DNA from: Eledone cirrhosa
Taxonomy: Eukaryota
Direction of reading: 5' to 3'
Length of the DNA stretch: 64,000 bases
Assembly: GCA_964016885.1 (NCBI GenBank)
Contig: OZ024740.1
Location: 158,348,001 to 158,412,000 of the forward strand
Shown: in pieces, positions 1 to 16,724 of the stretch
How the letters are laid out: each line of letters opens with the position of its first letter
Position numbering within the stretch: position 1 is the stretch's first letter
The notes under the pieces: model-generated
Told to the model about the DNA's origin: nothing
Databases searched by the model: none
Seen by the model: the letters and a program-made list of their open reading frames with translations, nothing else
Translations under genes and position numbers: made by a program

Positions 1-139
1 ATTCAAGGTCTATTAACATATATACACAAATGTAAATACCAAGTCCAATTTTAAAATGTTTTTGTTATTTTCATGCATACTATATATAATCCGTAACAAA
101 TTAACATTATAAGGTGCCCTACATCGTTAAAAATAGACT

Positions 140-191
<52 letters not shown>

Positions 192-219
192 GGTTGTTCT
201 TCCTATTCCGTATAACCAT

Positions 220-273
220 CACCATTACGAGCTGAGGATCCGCTAAGGTGAAACAATTGTTCTCAGTATGGTG
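220..273 (+). ncRNA. Minimal type I hammerhead ribozyme in a ~105-bp PLE-type insert between (TA)n tracts
   Basis: caccattacgag-CTGAGGA-tccgctaaggt-GAAAC-aatt-GTT-ctcagtatggtg: stem I pairs, core is intact, stem III is palindromic. Confidence 0.8.
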
Positions 274-317
274 AACTAACTGTTGTGTTACCACTTATAT
301 ATATATATATATATATA

Positions 318-1105
318 CTAGCAGTGGTACCCGGCGTTGCACGGGACACGGTATATTGGAACGCGGGCCGCCAACAGACCTAATCGTGGAAAAACTGTAT
401 GCCTGGACAATATGTAAAGAAAATAAACCGAATATTCTGATGGCTGGATAATATTTAAGATTTTCCTCGATGAAGTAGGAAAATGCAGATTTTCACCTAG
501 GGGATCAAGAAAATATTTTTTTTTTATGTGCTCACGGTATGAAGAAGAGACTGACTAATACATAGTTACAATTTCAAGGAAATCGGTCTGACGTAACGCC
601 TAAAAAAAAAACCTTAAAAGCTTTAAAAAAACGCAGTTTTTCACCTAATGCGGGCCCGACGAGATCAAAATGTTGAATTTTTTTATGTGCATAACATTTC
701 CTGAAACATAAGTAATACACATGTAAAGTTTGAAAAAAAATCGGTTGGGTACTTCTCGAGTTTTAGGGATTCAAACTCACAGACACACACACAGACACAC
801 ACACACACAGACAGACATCCTCAGGGAAGTGACATAATGCAGAGAGCCAGACATACAGACAGATATTATAAGGGCGCGACGTTATATGTATGTATCTATC
901 TAAAAAGAGAAAGACTAAGAATTATAGAGAGAGATCGCTAAATCGCCTAATACGGTCCCTAGGGCATTGAAAATTTGAAATTTCTTTTCCTCAGAACACT
1001 CCCTGAAACATAAGTATTACATGTGTAAAGTTTGAAAACAGTCGGTTGGGTGGTTCTCGAGTTTTAGGGATTCAAACTCACACACAGACAGACATCCTCA
1101 GTTTT
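318..1105 (-). mobile_element. Non-autonomous Helitron-like element
   Basis: Minus strand ends cccgtgcaacgccggg (hairpin)...CTAG within (TA)n. Internal duplication (700-820 vs 1000-1100). The block at 835-935 is shared with elements at 26.8 kb and 30.2-30.8 kb. Confidence 0.6.
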
Positions 1106-1128
1106 ATATATATATATATATATATATA

Positions 1129-1997
1129 TAGTATAAAAAAACGAAAGATCAGTGATTCATCTGGACTCAATTTATTGCGTGTTACAATTGTTTTGCCGGC
1201 AGGTAGCTCGAGACATGGTCACTGTATGGATCTGGCTGATTCTACGGATACAGGTTCGTTCAGACACGGGTAGTTCGTTCGGAGCAAATTTTCTCACTGG
1301 GGTGTTATCGTCAAAAGAACACCTTCAAAAAACCTCTTCCACTCTTGTCATGCCATTGGCTGTTGTTACTCCACATCATCTTAAGTTCTGGTCACTATTT
1401 ACTGCTACACGGGTCATCAGCCATTTGCCGTCCGACACACTTCAATGGAGTCATGCTGGGTTCGGTATCTCACACGTCTGTTCACAATCCAGAGTATGTA
1501 CCCACACATACATATACACACACATATACACACACAGGCAGACACAGACACATGCGTTCATGCACATATGTACGCATACATGCGTAGACGCCTCCACCCC
1601 CACACATATATATACACGCACACGTTCTCCCTCTCTTCCACAGACCCAGGCACACCCACTTCTAGATACCGACCGCCACAAGGCTATTAGCGCCTGCTTA
1701 AGTCGCGCCATATATCCGGTCCGACACGCACGACCCACGCAAACATAGTGATAAAATTTGCTCCGAACGAACTACCCGTGTCTGAAGGAACCTGCAGCTG
1801 TAGAATCAGCCAGATCCATACAGTGACCATGTCTCGAGCTACCTGCCGGCGAAACAATTGTAACACTCAATAAATTGAGTCCAGATGCATCACTGATTTT
1901 TCGTTTTTTTATACTATCCACACTCTACTCTTTTGAATATTGAGTGCTAATTTTGGCATACCGCCTATGGAAGTACCATAGCTACCATTATACACAA

Positions 1998-1998
<1 letters not shown>
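1129..1998 (+). mobile_element. PLE-derived end: pLTR with inverted partial pLTR, in (TA)n
   Basis: 1129-1297 is the reverse complement of 1748-1916; 3' tail runs to 1998; HHR-like motif at 1778-1866. Confidence 0.65.
1778..1866 (+). ncRNA. Atypical hammerhead-like motif (CUGA-NN-GA core)
   Basis: gtgt-CTGAAGGA-acc...ggc-GAAAC-aatt-GTA-acac; the inverted arm reads CTGAACGA. Confidence 0.5.
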
Positions 1999-2033
<35 letters not shown>

Positions 2034-2309
2034 CCTATTTTTCAAATTTTCAATATATACACAGCTGTATCTAAATATGAATTGAAATGATTTTAATGTC
2101 CAGATAATGTTCGATATCGTGATATAAGATATTTATTTGTACATTTAAACATCAAAATAATACTGGAAACAATATAATCTACATGATGCATGGTTCCATA
2201 ACTCCTGGTAGAGTCGTAGGTACGCCGTATTGACATACGGCGTTTCTTGGGCATTTTAAGCCTGGCAGAGCCTATCTCTCTCCCAGTCTGAGTACAGCAG
2301 ATTTCTTCC

Positions 2310-2455
2310 AGAGAGAAGAAAAGTTGACCCTAGTACTAGACTGGTACTTTTTTATCGACCTCTAACGGGTGAAAGGCAAAGTTGACCTCGACGGGATTTG
2401 AACCGAAACGAATACCATAAATTCTATCCGACGTTCTAACAACTCTGCCCATTCG
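2310..2455 (-). mobile_element. SINE family 1 (degenerate copy)
   Basis: Reverse complement of the gagttcaaatcccgccgaggttaactttgcctttcatcc...gtcgataaaa..gtaccag motif seen at 3437-3615. Confidence 0.6.
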
Positions 2456-2582
2456 CATTATTTTAAAATAATTATCAATATTTATGATAGACATTCATGC
2501 ATAAATAAGATACTACATTGTGAATATCGCAAGAATTTGATATTTGATATTCAGCACTGTCTTATACAGCAAGTCTTGTGAA

Positions 2583-2865
2583 GATTCGTGACTTAATGTT
2601 AGGATGTTTGGCTTATGATCTGAAGGTTGCGAGTTCAAATCCCGGTAGCGTCATGTCCTTGAACAAGAAATTTTACTTGACGCTATACCTTTAATTCAAA
2701 GTGTTAACTAGCCTTGTCACACAGAGTGTCACGCTTTATCTTCCTGAGAACCTTGTGATAAGTATATGTTTCTGTGGAATATTCAGTCACTTGCACGTTA
2801 ATTTCACGAGCAAGCTGTTCAGTTCGCTAAACAACTGGAACACTCGTCATCATAACCGGTGGGGG
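2583..2865 (+). mobile_element. tRNA-derived SINE family 2
   Basis: A/B-box-like head (gagttcaaatccc) followed by tgtccttgaacaag; second copy at 5327-5540. Confidence 0.55.
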
Positions 2866-3263
2866 TTCAACAAGATATACAGTAGGTTTTAGATGGTCAT
2901 TTGAAGGCTGTTTAGCTGCTATTTTTCTAATTTTAAAAAGGAGCAAAACCCAAGAAAATATGTATATTGGAAGCAGATACAATAGACTTTCTGCTATTCA
3001 TCAGGTAGCACAGATGAATTTGGTGTTGTTTTTGGCACCTTACACTCGTAGTTCTATGTCATCATTGGTTTTGATGTAGAAAACATATGCTGAAATTTAA
3101 TCTCGTAGTAAAGCTGCTTGTGTGGCATTCAGACAAAGATAGCACACTACACCAAAAAATATTGGGTTTTTCTGAGCCTACGAGGGAACATATACGCAGT
3201 CACTCGACACACTAGAAATAGCAACTAAATAACATTTAAATAAAACTATGCCGATTACACAGT

Positions 3264-3615
3264 GGCTTGGCACAGTCGGTAAAGCATCGGAAAAAGTCAC
3301 GCGCCATTTGTTTCGGATCTTTGCCTTTACATCGTTCCCGAGTTGATAAATAAAGTACCAGTCAAGTAATGGATCGTTTTTATTTGACTGTTACCTTCAC
3401 TCCAAATTGGTGAATTTGTGCCTAAATTAAAACCATTTGGCAGTATCGGTAGAAGGTTGGACGCCATGCTTTGCAGCATAGAGTTACGCCCCTTTACGAT
3501 CTGAGTTCAAATCCCGCCGAGGTTAACTTTGCCTTTCATTCTCACGGGGTCGATAAAATAAAGTGCCAGTAATGCACTGGGATAATTGCTGGCCTTGCCA
3601 AAACGTAGAAACAAT
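3264..3615 (+). mobile_element. Two tandem SINE family 1 copies
   Basis: tggcagtatcggtaga head, B-box gagttcaaatcc, cctttcat..ggggtcgataaaataaagt.ccag body, ggccttg..aaa.gtagaaacaat tail. Confidence 0.7.
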
Positions 3616-3616
3616 G

Positions 3617-3660
<44 letters not shown>

Positions 3661-3664
<4 letters not shown>

Positions 3665-3909
3665 TGGTAGCTAAGATGCTTCCATAGGCGGTATGCCGGT
3701 TGAGCACTCTATGTTATTACAGAGCAGTGTATGATAGAATAGAAAACGAAAAATCAGTGATGCATCTGAACTCAATTTACTGTGTGTTACAAATGTTTCC
3801 CCGGCGGACAGCTCGAGACGCGATCATTGAGTGGATCTGATGATTCTAGACCCACAGGTTCGATGGACACGTCTAATGATTTCACTGATTTTTCGTTTTC
3901 TATTCTATC
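3661..3909 (-). mobile_element. Diverged copy of the PLE end at 1748-1998
   Basis: Reverse-complement similarity to 1780-1990 plus a short inverted terminal piece (3884-3909). Confidence 0.6.
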
Positions 3910-3925
3910 TCTCTCTCTCTATCTA

Positions 3926-3957
<32 letters not shown>

Positions 3958-3971
3958 CATATATATATAGT

Positions 3972-4147
3972 GTTGGTTCAGCAGTATCGGATGCCATGCT
4001 TTGCAGCATAGAGTTATGGCCCTTTACTTTCTGAGTTAAAATCCCGCCAAGGTTAGCTTTACCATTCATCCTTACGGGGTCGATAAAATAAATTACCAGT
4101 AATACACTGGGGTAATTGCTGGCCTTGTGCCAAAAGTAGAAACAATT
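3972..4147 (+). mobile_element. SINE family 1
   Basis: High identity to 3437-3615. Confidence 0.75.
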
Positions 4148-4562
4148 ATATATATATATAAATGTGTGTATGTGTGCGTGTGTGTGCGTGAGTGTGTGTG
4201 CTTTCAAATGCATGCAGCTAAAAAAACATTATATAGAATATGGCCCACAACCAATGAGTGACACCCTATCTCTCATCCCTTTAAGACTGAGGAAACTAAA
4301 GTAGTTATTTTCAAACCTTCTCCCAACCAGTAATTTATTTTATTATCCGTCCATTTTATAATTATAAATTTAAATATGTCTTTTTCTCATATTTATACAT
4401 TTATTACACGGTTGTATGCTGATTTTTTTAAAGTTTCATTTTTACTACAATCATACGTCACTATTGTAGCTTCCTCATATTAAATAATAATATTTTTTTT
4501 TAATTAAGCAACCCCTTTAAACAATAGCTTAACCACACACTCCAGAATGCTAAGATATACCA

Positions 4563-4725
4563 TTAGGGTCGGACGCCATGCTTTGCAGCATAGAATTATA
4601 CCCCTTTACGGTCTGAGTTCAAATCCCGCCGAGGTTAACTTTGCCTTTCATCCTTACGGGGTCGATAAAATGAAGTACCAGTAATGTACTGTGATAATTG
4701 TTGGCCTTGTGCCAAAAGTAGCAAT
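4563..4725 (+). mobile_element. SINE family 1
   Basis: High identity to 3437-3615. Confidence 0.75.
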
Positions 4726-5326
4726 ATTTATTATTTTATGTGTTTCTTTCTTTGTCTTTTTTTTTTCACTGGCCCTGATTTCCTAATTAAAATGTTCATA
4801 TTATACACAGGTAAATACAGTGAATATTTGCGATAGACTTGGCGCCCTATCCAGTAACAGATCAGTCTCTCTTCCGCTTAACACTTCAGTAGCCGGAGTA
4901 AATAGATACCAGCTCAGTGTACTAAGAATGAATTGCTATCGCAGGGAATATATATCTGCGGTAGACAAATGTCTTATCCAGCTACATATCTGTTTCGCAT
5001 CCGTTTAACGCTACCGAAACACGAGATGATATACACAAGCTAGTTCGGTGGTGTACTGCGGAGTTTTGGTTAGAAGACAGATTAATTGTTAGAGTAATTA
5101 CATGTTTTAAAACTATAAGATATGATATACTGTTAATCAATTATTCTCTCTCTCTCCCTCTCCCCCTCTCCGCTCTCTCACTCTCTCCTTCATTCTCTCT
5201 CTCTCTCATGCTTCTAATTATTGGTAATTCTTTCTTTTTTGCCGCAATACTTTCCCCTCGTAAATCATACACACATATATATATATATGTGTGTAAGTGT
5301 GAGTGTTTACAGCAAGTTTTCTGAAG

Positions 5327-5540
5327 GTTCGTGGTTTAGTGGTTAGGATGTTTGACTTACAATATCAAGGCTGTGAGTTCAATTCCCAACAGCGTCATGT
5401 CCTTGAGCAAGACATTTTATTTGTACCCGTAAATGAAAGTGTTAGTCAATCTTATCACACTCTATGACATGCTTAATCTCTCTGAAAACCTCATTATGTA
5501 GAATATTCAGCCACTTGTACGTTTATTTCACGAGCAAGCC
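5327..5540 (+). mobile_element. tRNA-derived SINE family 2
   Basis: Similar to 2583-2820. Confidence 0.55.
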
Positions 5541-5624
5541 AATTTTCTGACAGTCTAGATTGGTTTTAAAGAGCTATAAGCACTCTCTTTATGTCTTCTG
5601 TTATATTATAGATTTAGAAAAATA

Positions 5625-5815
5625 ATTGTTTCTACTTTTGGCACAAGGCCAGCAATTATCCCAGTGCATTACTGGTACTTTATTTTATCGACTCCGTAAG
5701 GATGAAAGGCAAAGTTAACCTCGGCGGGATTTGAACTCAGATCGTAAAGGCCCGTAACTCCATGCTGCAAAGCATGGCCTCCGACCTTCTAACGATACTG
5801 CCAATCCACCGCCCT
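5625..5815 (-). mobile_element. SINE family 1, full length
   Basis: Reverse complement of the family consensus including the head ggcggtggattggcagtatcg. Confidence 0.75.
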
Positions 5816-7451
5816 TTTAGTTTTAGAAAAATAAAGGAGCAAAGTTAAGAAACGACAAATCAAAATTCTCCAAAAGCAATTGATTTATACCGTAGTAAGA
5901 ATATGTTTTATAACTTAATGAAGGAGGGAAGGACAAAGCTCTTGTCTCAGGCTCAGCTAGACTAGAAAGAAGAAGAAAAGAAGTTATCCTTAAACCAAAG
6001 ACCAAGTAGTGGTGTCAAACTGGGTGACGGTTTAAATCTCTCACCCAAGAACTCAGAACGAAAGCAGCCGATATAAATACCGCAAGGCATTACGTTCGAC
6101 ACTAACAATTCTGCCAATCCACCGGTCTCGACTGATTCATTATGTTATACAGTATGGAAAGTTTAAAGGCAAAATTATCTTCGACGGGTTTTAAACTCTG
6201 AGTGCAGTAAGCTGAGTGCAGTAACGTCCAGTATTTGACAGAACCTATAGTTTTCTAAATATCAACACCCAAGTGCTGTTTCTAATGTCCGACTATTATA
6301 TAGAATGAGACGTAATCATATATAAAAATCAAAAACAATTACATCGGCCTGTTTGGCAAGGATTATCCTGGTTTGAAGTGTCTGTCCCAGGTCGTCCGGT
6401 TTACCAGTTCGTCCTGGTTGTCACTGAATTTTCCCAGAATGTCTCTGACGTTGAGGTAACGTCCAAAACTCGAATTGGAGAAAGAAGAAAAGTTAAAAGC
6501 TGCATAATATCCTGACTTGATGTTGATAGAAGATAATGATTTTAGAATTAATTTGTGTTTGTCTACACCAACATTTTGATGCACATGTTCGATAAAAAAG
6601 TTTAAATCTGCTGGTAATATAGCAATTTTTGTGAGTTTTATTGGTTTTTTTTAATGTTTAGAACAAAGTAATTAAAACATATTCTGTTTTTTTATCAATA
6701 GCATTTTATAAAAATTATTTGATGCCAGCTTAAATCTTAAATTTGCTTTCTTATAATCTTAAAGAAACTCTCAATGAATAGCTAGTGGAAGCATTTTACA
6801 AGTAAAATTAGTTACCAGGCTAATTGTTAATTACTATTAAAATATAGATTGAAAGATTATAATACATTATTTATGCAGTAAAATTGAGTTTTTTTCTCTT
6901 TTTTTGTGCGTGTATTACATTAAACCTAGTGCTGCTGTGATTCTTCAAAGTTATCCGATTTTATATATAAAGCTCTTGGTTTGGCTGGAAATGTCCAACT
7001 TTAAAACTGACCCGGTTTGGAGCTTGAAAATGACAGGAAACCGACACAAAAAATGGAATTCCTAACTTGCATACGTGAATATTGTTTTACTAAACGTTTC
7101 ATTCTATTATTATAGGACAATGCGAAATCATTGGCGGTAAGATAAAGTAATTCACGTAAAATTAATTTATAGTTAGTGCATTAGAACTCAGCACTTCGAT
7201 AAGTATTAACGAAAGATATTAGTCACCTGTAAATATCTATTATAACAAAATTGGAAAACAATTCCACTCAAAATATGTTATGTATTGGATCTTTCTATCC
7301 GACAGTGGCTACTTCTCTTCGCCGACATATTTTTAATTATATATATATAAATTTATGTGTGCGTAGATAGATGAATATCCAGGTATTTAGGTAGACCACA
7401 CCTATACATATAATATAATATATATATATATATATATATAATATATATATA

Positions 7452-7498
<47 letters not shown>

Positions 7499-7739
7499 TA
7501 TTATTATTATTATTACAGTGAACTGCGGAATACTCTTAATTCCGATTTTTGTATAATTAATGAGCTCCAAATTGTTGAGCTAATAATTAGCATGGTTGGG
7601 CTGCACTTTCTAGCATCTTCCCCAATCCATGAGAGCCGTTATTTGATTCGAATAACACGTGATTTCGCGCACTCTGGCCCGCGTGTCTATTTGCAATCTC
7701 TCTAGCTATGAAGGTTAGATGTGCAGGATTCAGTCTCGC

Positions 7740-7838
7740 ATTTTGCTGACTGATGATCCATGTTGGACTGTTATTCTACACATATAGGTGGTGACATATA
7801 AGTGGTGAAACGAAAAACTAGATTCGTATCAGCAAAAT
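7740..7838 (+). ncRNA. Canonical type I hammerhead ribozyme in a pLTR-like insert (~7516-8010)
   Basis: attttgctga-CTGATGA-tcca...tggt-GAAAC-gaa..ttc-GTA-tcagcaaaat; 10-bp stem I, intact core. Confidence 0.85.
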
Positions 7839-8016
7839 ATAGTTATAAGGTTTGTGATTTAAAATTCCAATCCAGAGATTTGATTCTGATCTGGTTTTTT
7901 TCTATTTAATTGCTTACCTGTAGATATTGTTCCCTATACAGTAACGGTAAAATCACTTGTAATAATTCTTTACACACTTCTCACTGTGTAACACATTTCT
8001 CTTTGTGTAATATATA

Positions 8017-8054
<38 letters not shown>

Positions 8055-8143
8055 AATATACACACCTACAAACATACATACGTACATACATACATGCATA
8101 CGTACATAGATACATACACACACAAGCATATATATATGTACAT

Positions 8144-8177
<34 letters not shown>

Positions 8178-8195
8178 GTACATGTATATACTGTA

Positions 8196-8239
<44 letters not shown>

Positions 8240-8274
8240 TGGATGTGTGCGTATGTATGTATGCATGTATGTAC

Positions 8275-8305
<31 letters not shown>

Positions 8306-8575
8306 TGTATGCAAAAAGAAATCAGAAATATCAAAGCAAACGGCATAGCGCAATGAAGAAATATATTAGTTTAACACTTGATATAGTAGGAAAGAGGCCA
8401 AACGTTTCGGACATTAGTACTTTATTAGAAGATACACTGAGAAATAAAAGGTGGAATAGAAATATTGAGGGGGAGAAAAGGAAGGAGTGGAAAAATGGTT
8501 TTGAGTAAAAACACGTGTGTATTTAGTCAACTATATATATATATATACATATATGTATATATATTTTTATATATA

Positions 8576-8639
<64 letters not shown>

Positions 8640-8670
8640 TATATGTATATAGATATAGATATATATATTT

Positions 8671-9054
8671 AAAAGAATAGAGGTGTAACACACAAGTTAT
8701 GATATATTGGTAAACGGAAAAGAAAATGCTGACAAATTGTTCACAGTGAAAAATAGTTTAATTAGGAATAAGTGAGAATTAGTAATAGTATTGGTTAGTA
8801 TGCAGTTTTGGTTTTAAGTTTTACCGGTTGCGCATTTCTAATGCTTTTCAAAAATAATTTTGAGATAGAGCGTCTGTGATGTTTGCTCTAATCTGATTAG
8901 AGCAAACATCACGGACGCTCTATCTCAAAATGCGCAACCGGTAAAACTTAAAACCAAAACTGCATACTAACCAATACTATTACTAATTCTTACTTACTCC
9001 TAATTAAACTATTTTTCACTGTGAACAATTTGTCAGCATTTTCTTTTCCGTTTA

Positions 9055-9062
<8 letters not shown>
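8671..9062 (-). mobile_element. Fold-back PLE-type end in (TA)n
   Basis: 8703-8892 is inverted at 8892-9062. Minus strand carries ttt-TTGAAAA-gcatt aga aatgc-GCAAC-cg-GTA-aaa, an HHR variant. Confidence 0.6.
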
Positions 9063-9473
<411 letters not shown>

Positions 9474-9477
9474 ACAG

Positions 9478-12458
<2,981 letters not shown>

Positions 12459-12789
12459 GGATAGATAGATAGATAGATATTAAAGAAATCGTGTATGGAT
12501 AGAACATCAGCAAGCACATTGGTTTACAACAAGCAATTATCAGAGCGTAAATGTGATAATTACATCCACTGACAGTGAGGACAGTGGATAATAAAGCTGA
12601 GTTAGAAAGTCTTCTCGATATTATTCAAACTTAATTAAAATAACTGTCGGTACATAGAGAATTGCATACTGCGACAATCAATACATAAAGATCTAGCGTT
12701 ATCTTGACACAATCCTATCGTTACGCTTTAAACCTTTGCACAGGATTTGTGTGTATGTGTGAATATATATATATGTATATATATATATA

Positions 12790-12854
<65 letters not shown>

Positions 12855-12906
12855 TATATACATATATATATATATATATATATCCATGCATGCATACATA
12901 CACACA

Positions 12907-13991
<1,085 letters not shown>

Positions 13992-14040
13992 CATACACAC
14001 ATAGACACACACACACATACATACATACATACATACATAT

Positions 14041-14430
14041 TATTGGGGCTCTGGGGTATGTTAGTAACTGCCTCAATACAAATCTTGAGAAGCTAGGCTT
14101 CACAGGAACAGAAAGAACACAACTAGTTAGGAAATTACAAGTACAATCCATTAATGGAACAGTAAAAATATGTAAAACATTCCAAAGATTTTGCATCTAA
14201 TAACTGCATATACACATGTACAGATGCAAAGCATATACACATGCACACATACAACTCAAAACATACACATCCACACATACAATAACATCCATATCTACAC
14301 ATGCATGCATACATACATATCTACCTAGTTGATGTTGTGTAAATTCCAATGAGAGAGTCTTGTGTCTATGTTAGAAACCGACTCTCTCTCTATTGGTAAA
14401 ACTTTGTGAAATGATAAAACCAGAAGAACA
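14041..14430 (+). mobile_element. R4/Dong-like LINE (family A) 3' fragment in (CATA)n
   Basis: Near-identical to 48749-49125; partial 3'UTR repeats follow at 14490-14915. Confidence 0.8.
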
Positions 14431-14791
14431 TACATACATACATACATACATACATACATACATACATACATACATACATACATACATACATACACACATA
14501 CATATGCACACATATAACTCAAAACATGCATATTCACACATACAATAACATCCATACCTGCACACATACGCACGCATGCTTACATAGATTTGTATTTGTT
14601 CCGTGTTACATATTTAACAAATTCTGAGTGTTCACTATCATTAGAAATAATTCTAAATCTACACACAATTTCTCAAATATTGTTTTTGAAAAGACCATAC
14701 AGAGATTCGAATTAATCAATTGTTTAAATTCAAATGAAAGAGTCTTGTGTCTATATTAGAAACCGACTCTCTCTCTCGCTCTCTCTCTCTC

Positions 14792-14876
<85 letters not shown>

Positions 14877-15097
14877 TGGTAAAAAGATTATAGAATTATA
14901 AAACCAAAAGAACATACATACATGCGTACATACATACACACATATTCACACATACATACGTACGTACGTACATACATACTTACATACACACATATACATA
15001 TATACGTACGTACGTACATACATACATAGATACATCCATACATACATATATACATACATACATACATATATACATACATACATACATAAATAGAATA

Positions 15098-15750
15098 AAT
15101 GTAGGCTTTGTAAAACAAAGATCGAAGATGCTAGCCACATTATTTCCAACTGCGAAAGACTGTCGTCTCGGTACTACCTCCCTATGAAACACGATATGAT
15201 AGCTGGAACCATCTGGAGCGCATTTAGCAAAACAAAATTAAAAACAAATGAGGGGGAATATGTTGCGATAGATGCCCTAAAGAATAGTGGTGGAAATTGA
15301 AAATAAAATCTGCCACTAAATTAAAACACAACCGGCCTGATGTTGTTTGGGACCACACATTGAAAAAGTGCTCTGTTGTAGAGATCAGCTGCCCACTTGA
15401 TGTCAACGTTGTAAGAAAAATACAAGAGAAGGAGGACATCTACGGACCATTGATGAGGAGTTTGCTGATCCAGTATCCAAGATATACCTTCAGCTTCATA
15501 CCTATTGGAGCTACAGGTTATATCCCAACCCCCTTTGACCAAAGTATAACTGAACTTGGATTTGTGGACAAAGAGCGCAGCTCCCTAATTCATAGACTAC
15601 AAATGGCTGCGATAGCTGGCACTTTCAAAATTTTGCAAAACATTCTGGCGATTCAAAGGAAGACAATTTCTTTTCTTTTACAACATTGCCACCAGGAAGG
15701 TGGCCGGTCATAAATGTACTCGAAATTAAGAGAAAGGGAAAAGCATTCAC
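15098..15750 (+). mobile_element. R4/Dong-like LINE (family B) 3' fragment with RLE domain
   Basis: KHNRPDVVWD..VVEISCPLDVNVVRKIQEKEDIY; matches 50560-51210. Confidence 0.8.
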
Positions 15751-16253
15751 AAACACATACATTCATACATACATACATACATAATATACACTTACATACA
15801 TAAATCAAGCTGGCTAAGAATAGAAGATGTGATAGATTTAACCCTAAGCCTCAAGGCCGAGCAGTTGATCACGCTTATGATCAATAGGATGATAGATAAG
15901 TAGATGTTATACCTGTTAATTTGTCCAAGAAATCAGACACTTCTAATTCTTTTCAGTTTATTTGATTGATTGATCGTTATGGTTACACTTACACAGACAC
16001 ATACATGACGCACACACACACACACACACACGCGCGCGCGCATGCACACACACGCACACACACACACTTATATACACACACATACATATAATATATAATG
16101 GCTGCATCTCGGTTTCGAGAATTGCCATGTCTTGACCTCTATACATATGTTATATATACCTTATATATATTCATATTATAGTAAATATATATATATATAT
16201 CCATTTTCTTATAGCATTTTAAAGGGTCCGTCGAGCTGCCGATCATTGAATCG

Positions 16254-16313
16254 GGTAGGATCGATACAGATCGAACCTTGAGCTGATCAGTGGCGAAACG
16301 CGCCTCACCTACC
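16254..16313 (+). ncRNA. Atypical hammerhead-like motif in a ~160-bp insert between (TA)n tracts
   Basis: ggtagg..CAGATCGA-acc...ggc-GAAAC-gc-GCC..cctacc, followed by aataaa. Confidence 0.35.
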
Positions 16314-16653
16314 AATAAATGTAATGAAGGAGTAACCAATCGTCCTTGTTATCCTTTCAATATATATATATATATATATATATAGTAATAATAATAAATT
16401 TGAAGACTAAAATCCAAAGAGGGCTCGATAAGGATAAATATATATCAAATGTATAAGAACCGTAGAGCAAATCTTTATTAATATATATATATATATACTG
16501 TATATATATATATATATATATATATATGTAGGAGGTGAGTTTTATTGTAGTACAATAAAGCAATGCAGATATCGGATAAGAAGCACTCTACAGTTTGTAG
16601 GACTGGAGTATACATAATATATAAGAACAAAAGATGGTTAAAAGAGTTCCATG

Positions 16654-16724
16654 TATTTTATTATGCGCATTTCAAAAACAAATATCATCATGCAATAATA
16701 TTTGTGTTTTCATCAGATAAAACA
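16654..16724 (-). ncRNA. Type I hammerhead ribozyme
   Basis: tgttttat-CTGATGA-aaacacaaatat..atatttgttttt-GAAAT-gcgc-ATA-ataaaata. Confidence 0.75.

Noticed and set aside
3437-3615. tRNA genes
   Set aside because: The A/B boxes belong to multi-copy SINE heads; no complete cloverleaf
6363-6650. Possible host exon (minus strand, ~95 codons)
   Set aside because: No recognisable domain or partner exons; the gtcccag/gtcctgg subterminal-like repeats suggest a decayed DNA transposon
8390-8430. Hammerhead on the minus strand (ctaataa..gaaacgtt)
   Set aside because: Core and stems are too degenerate to support a call
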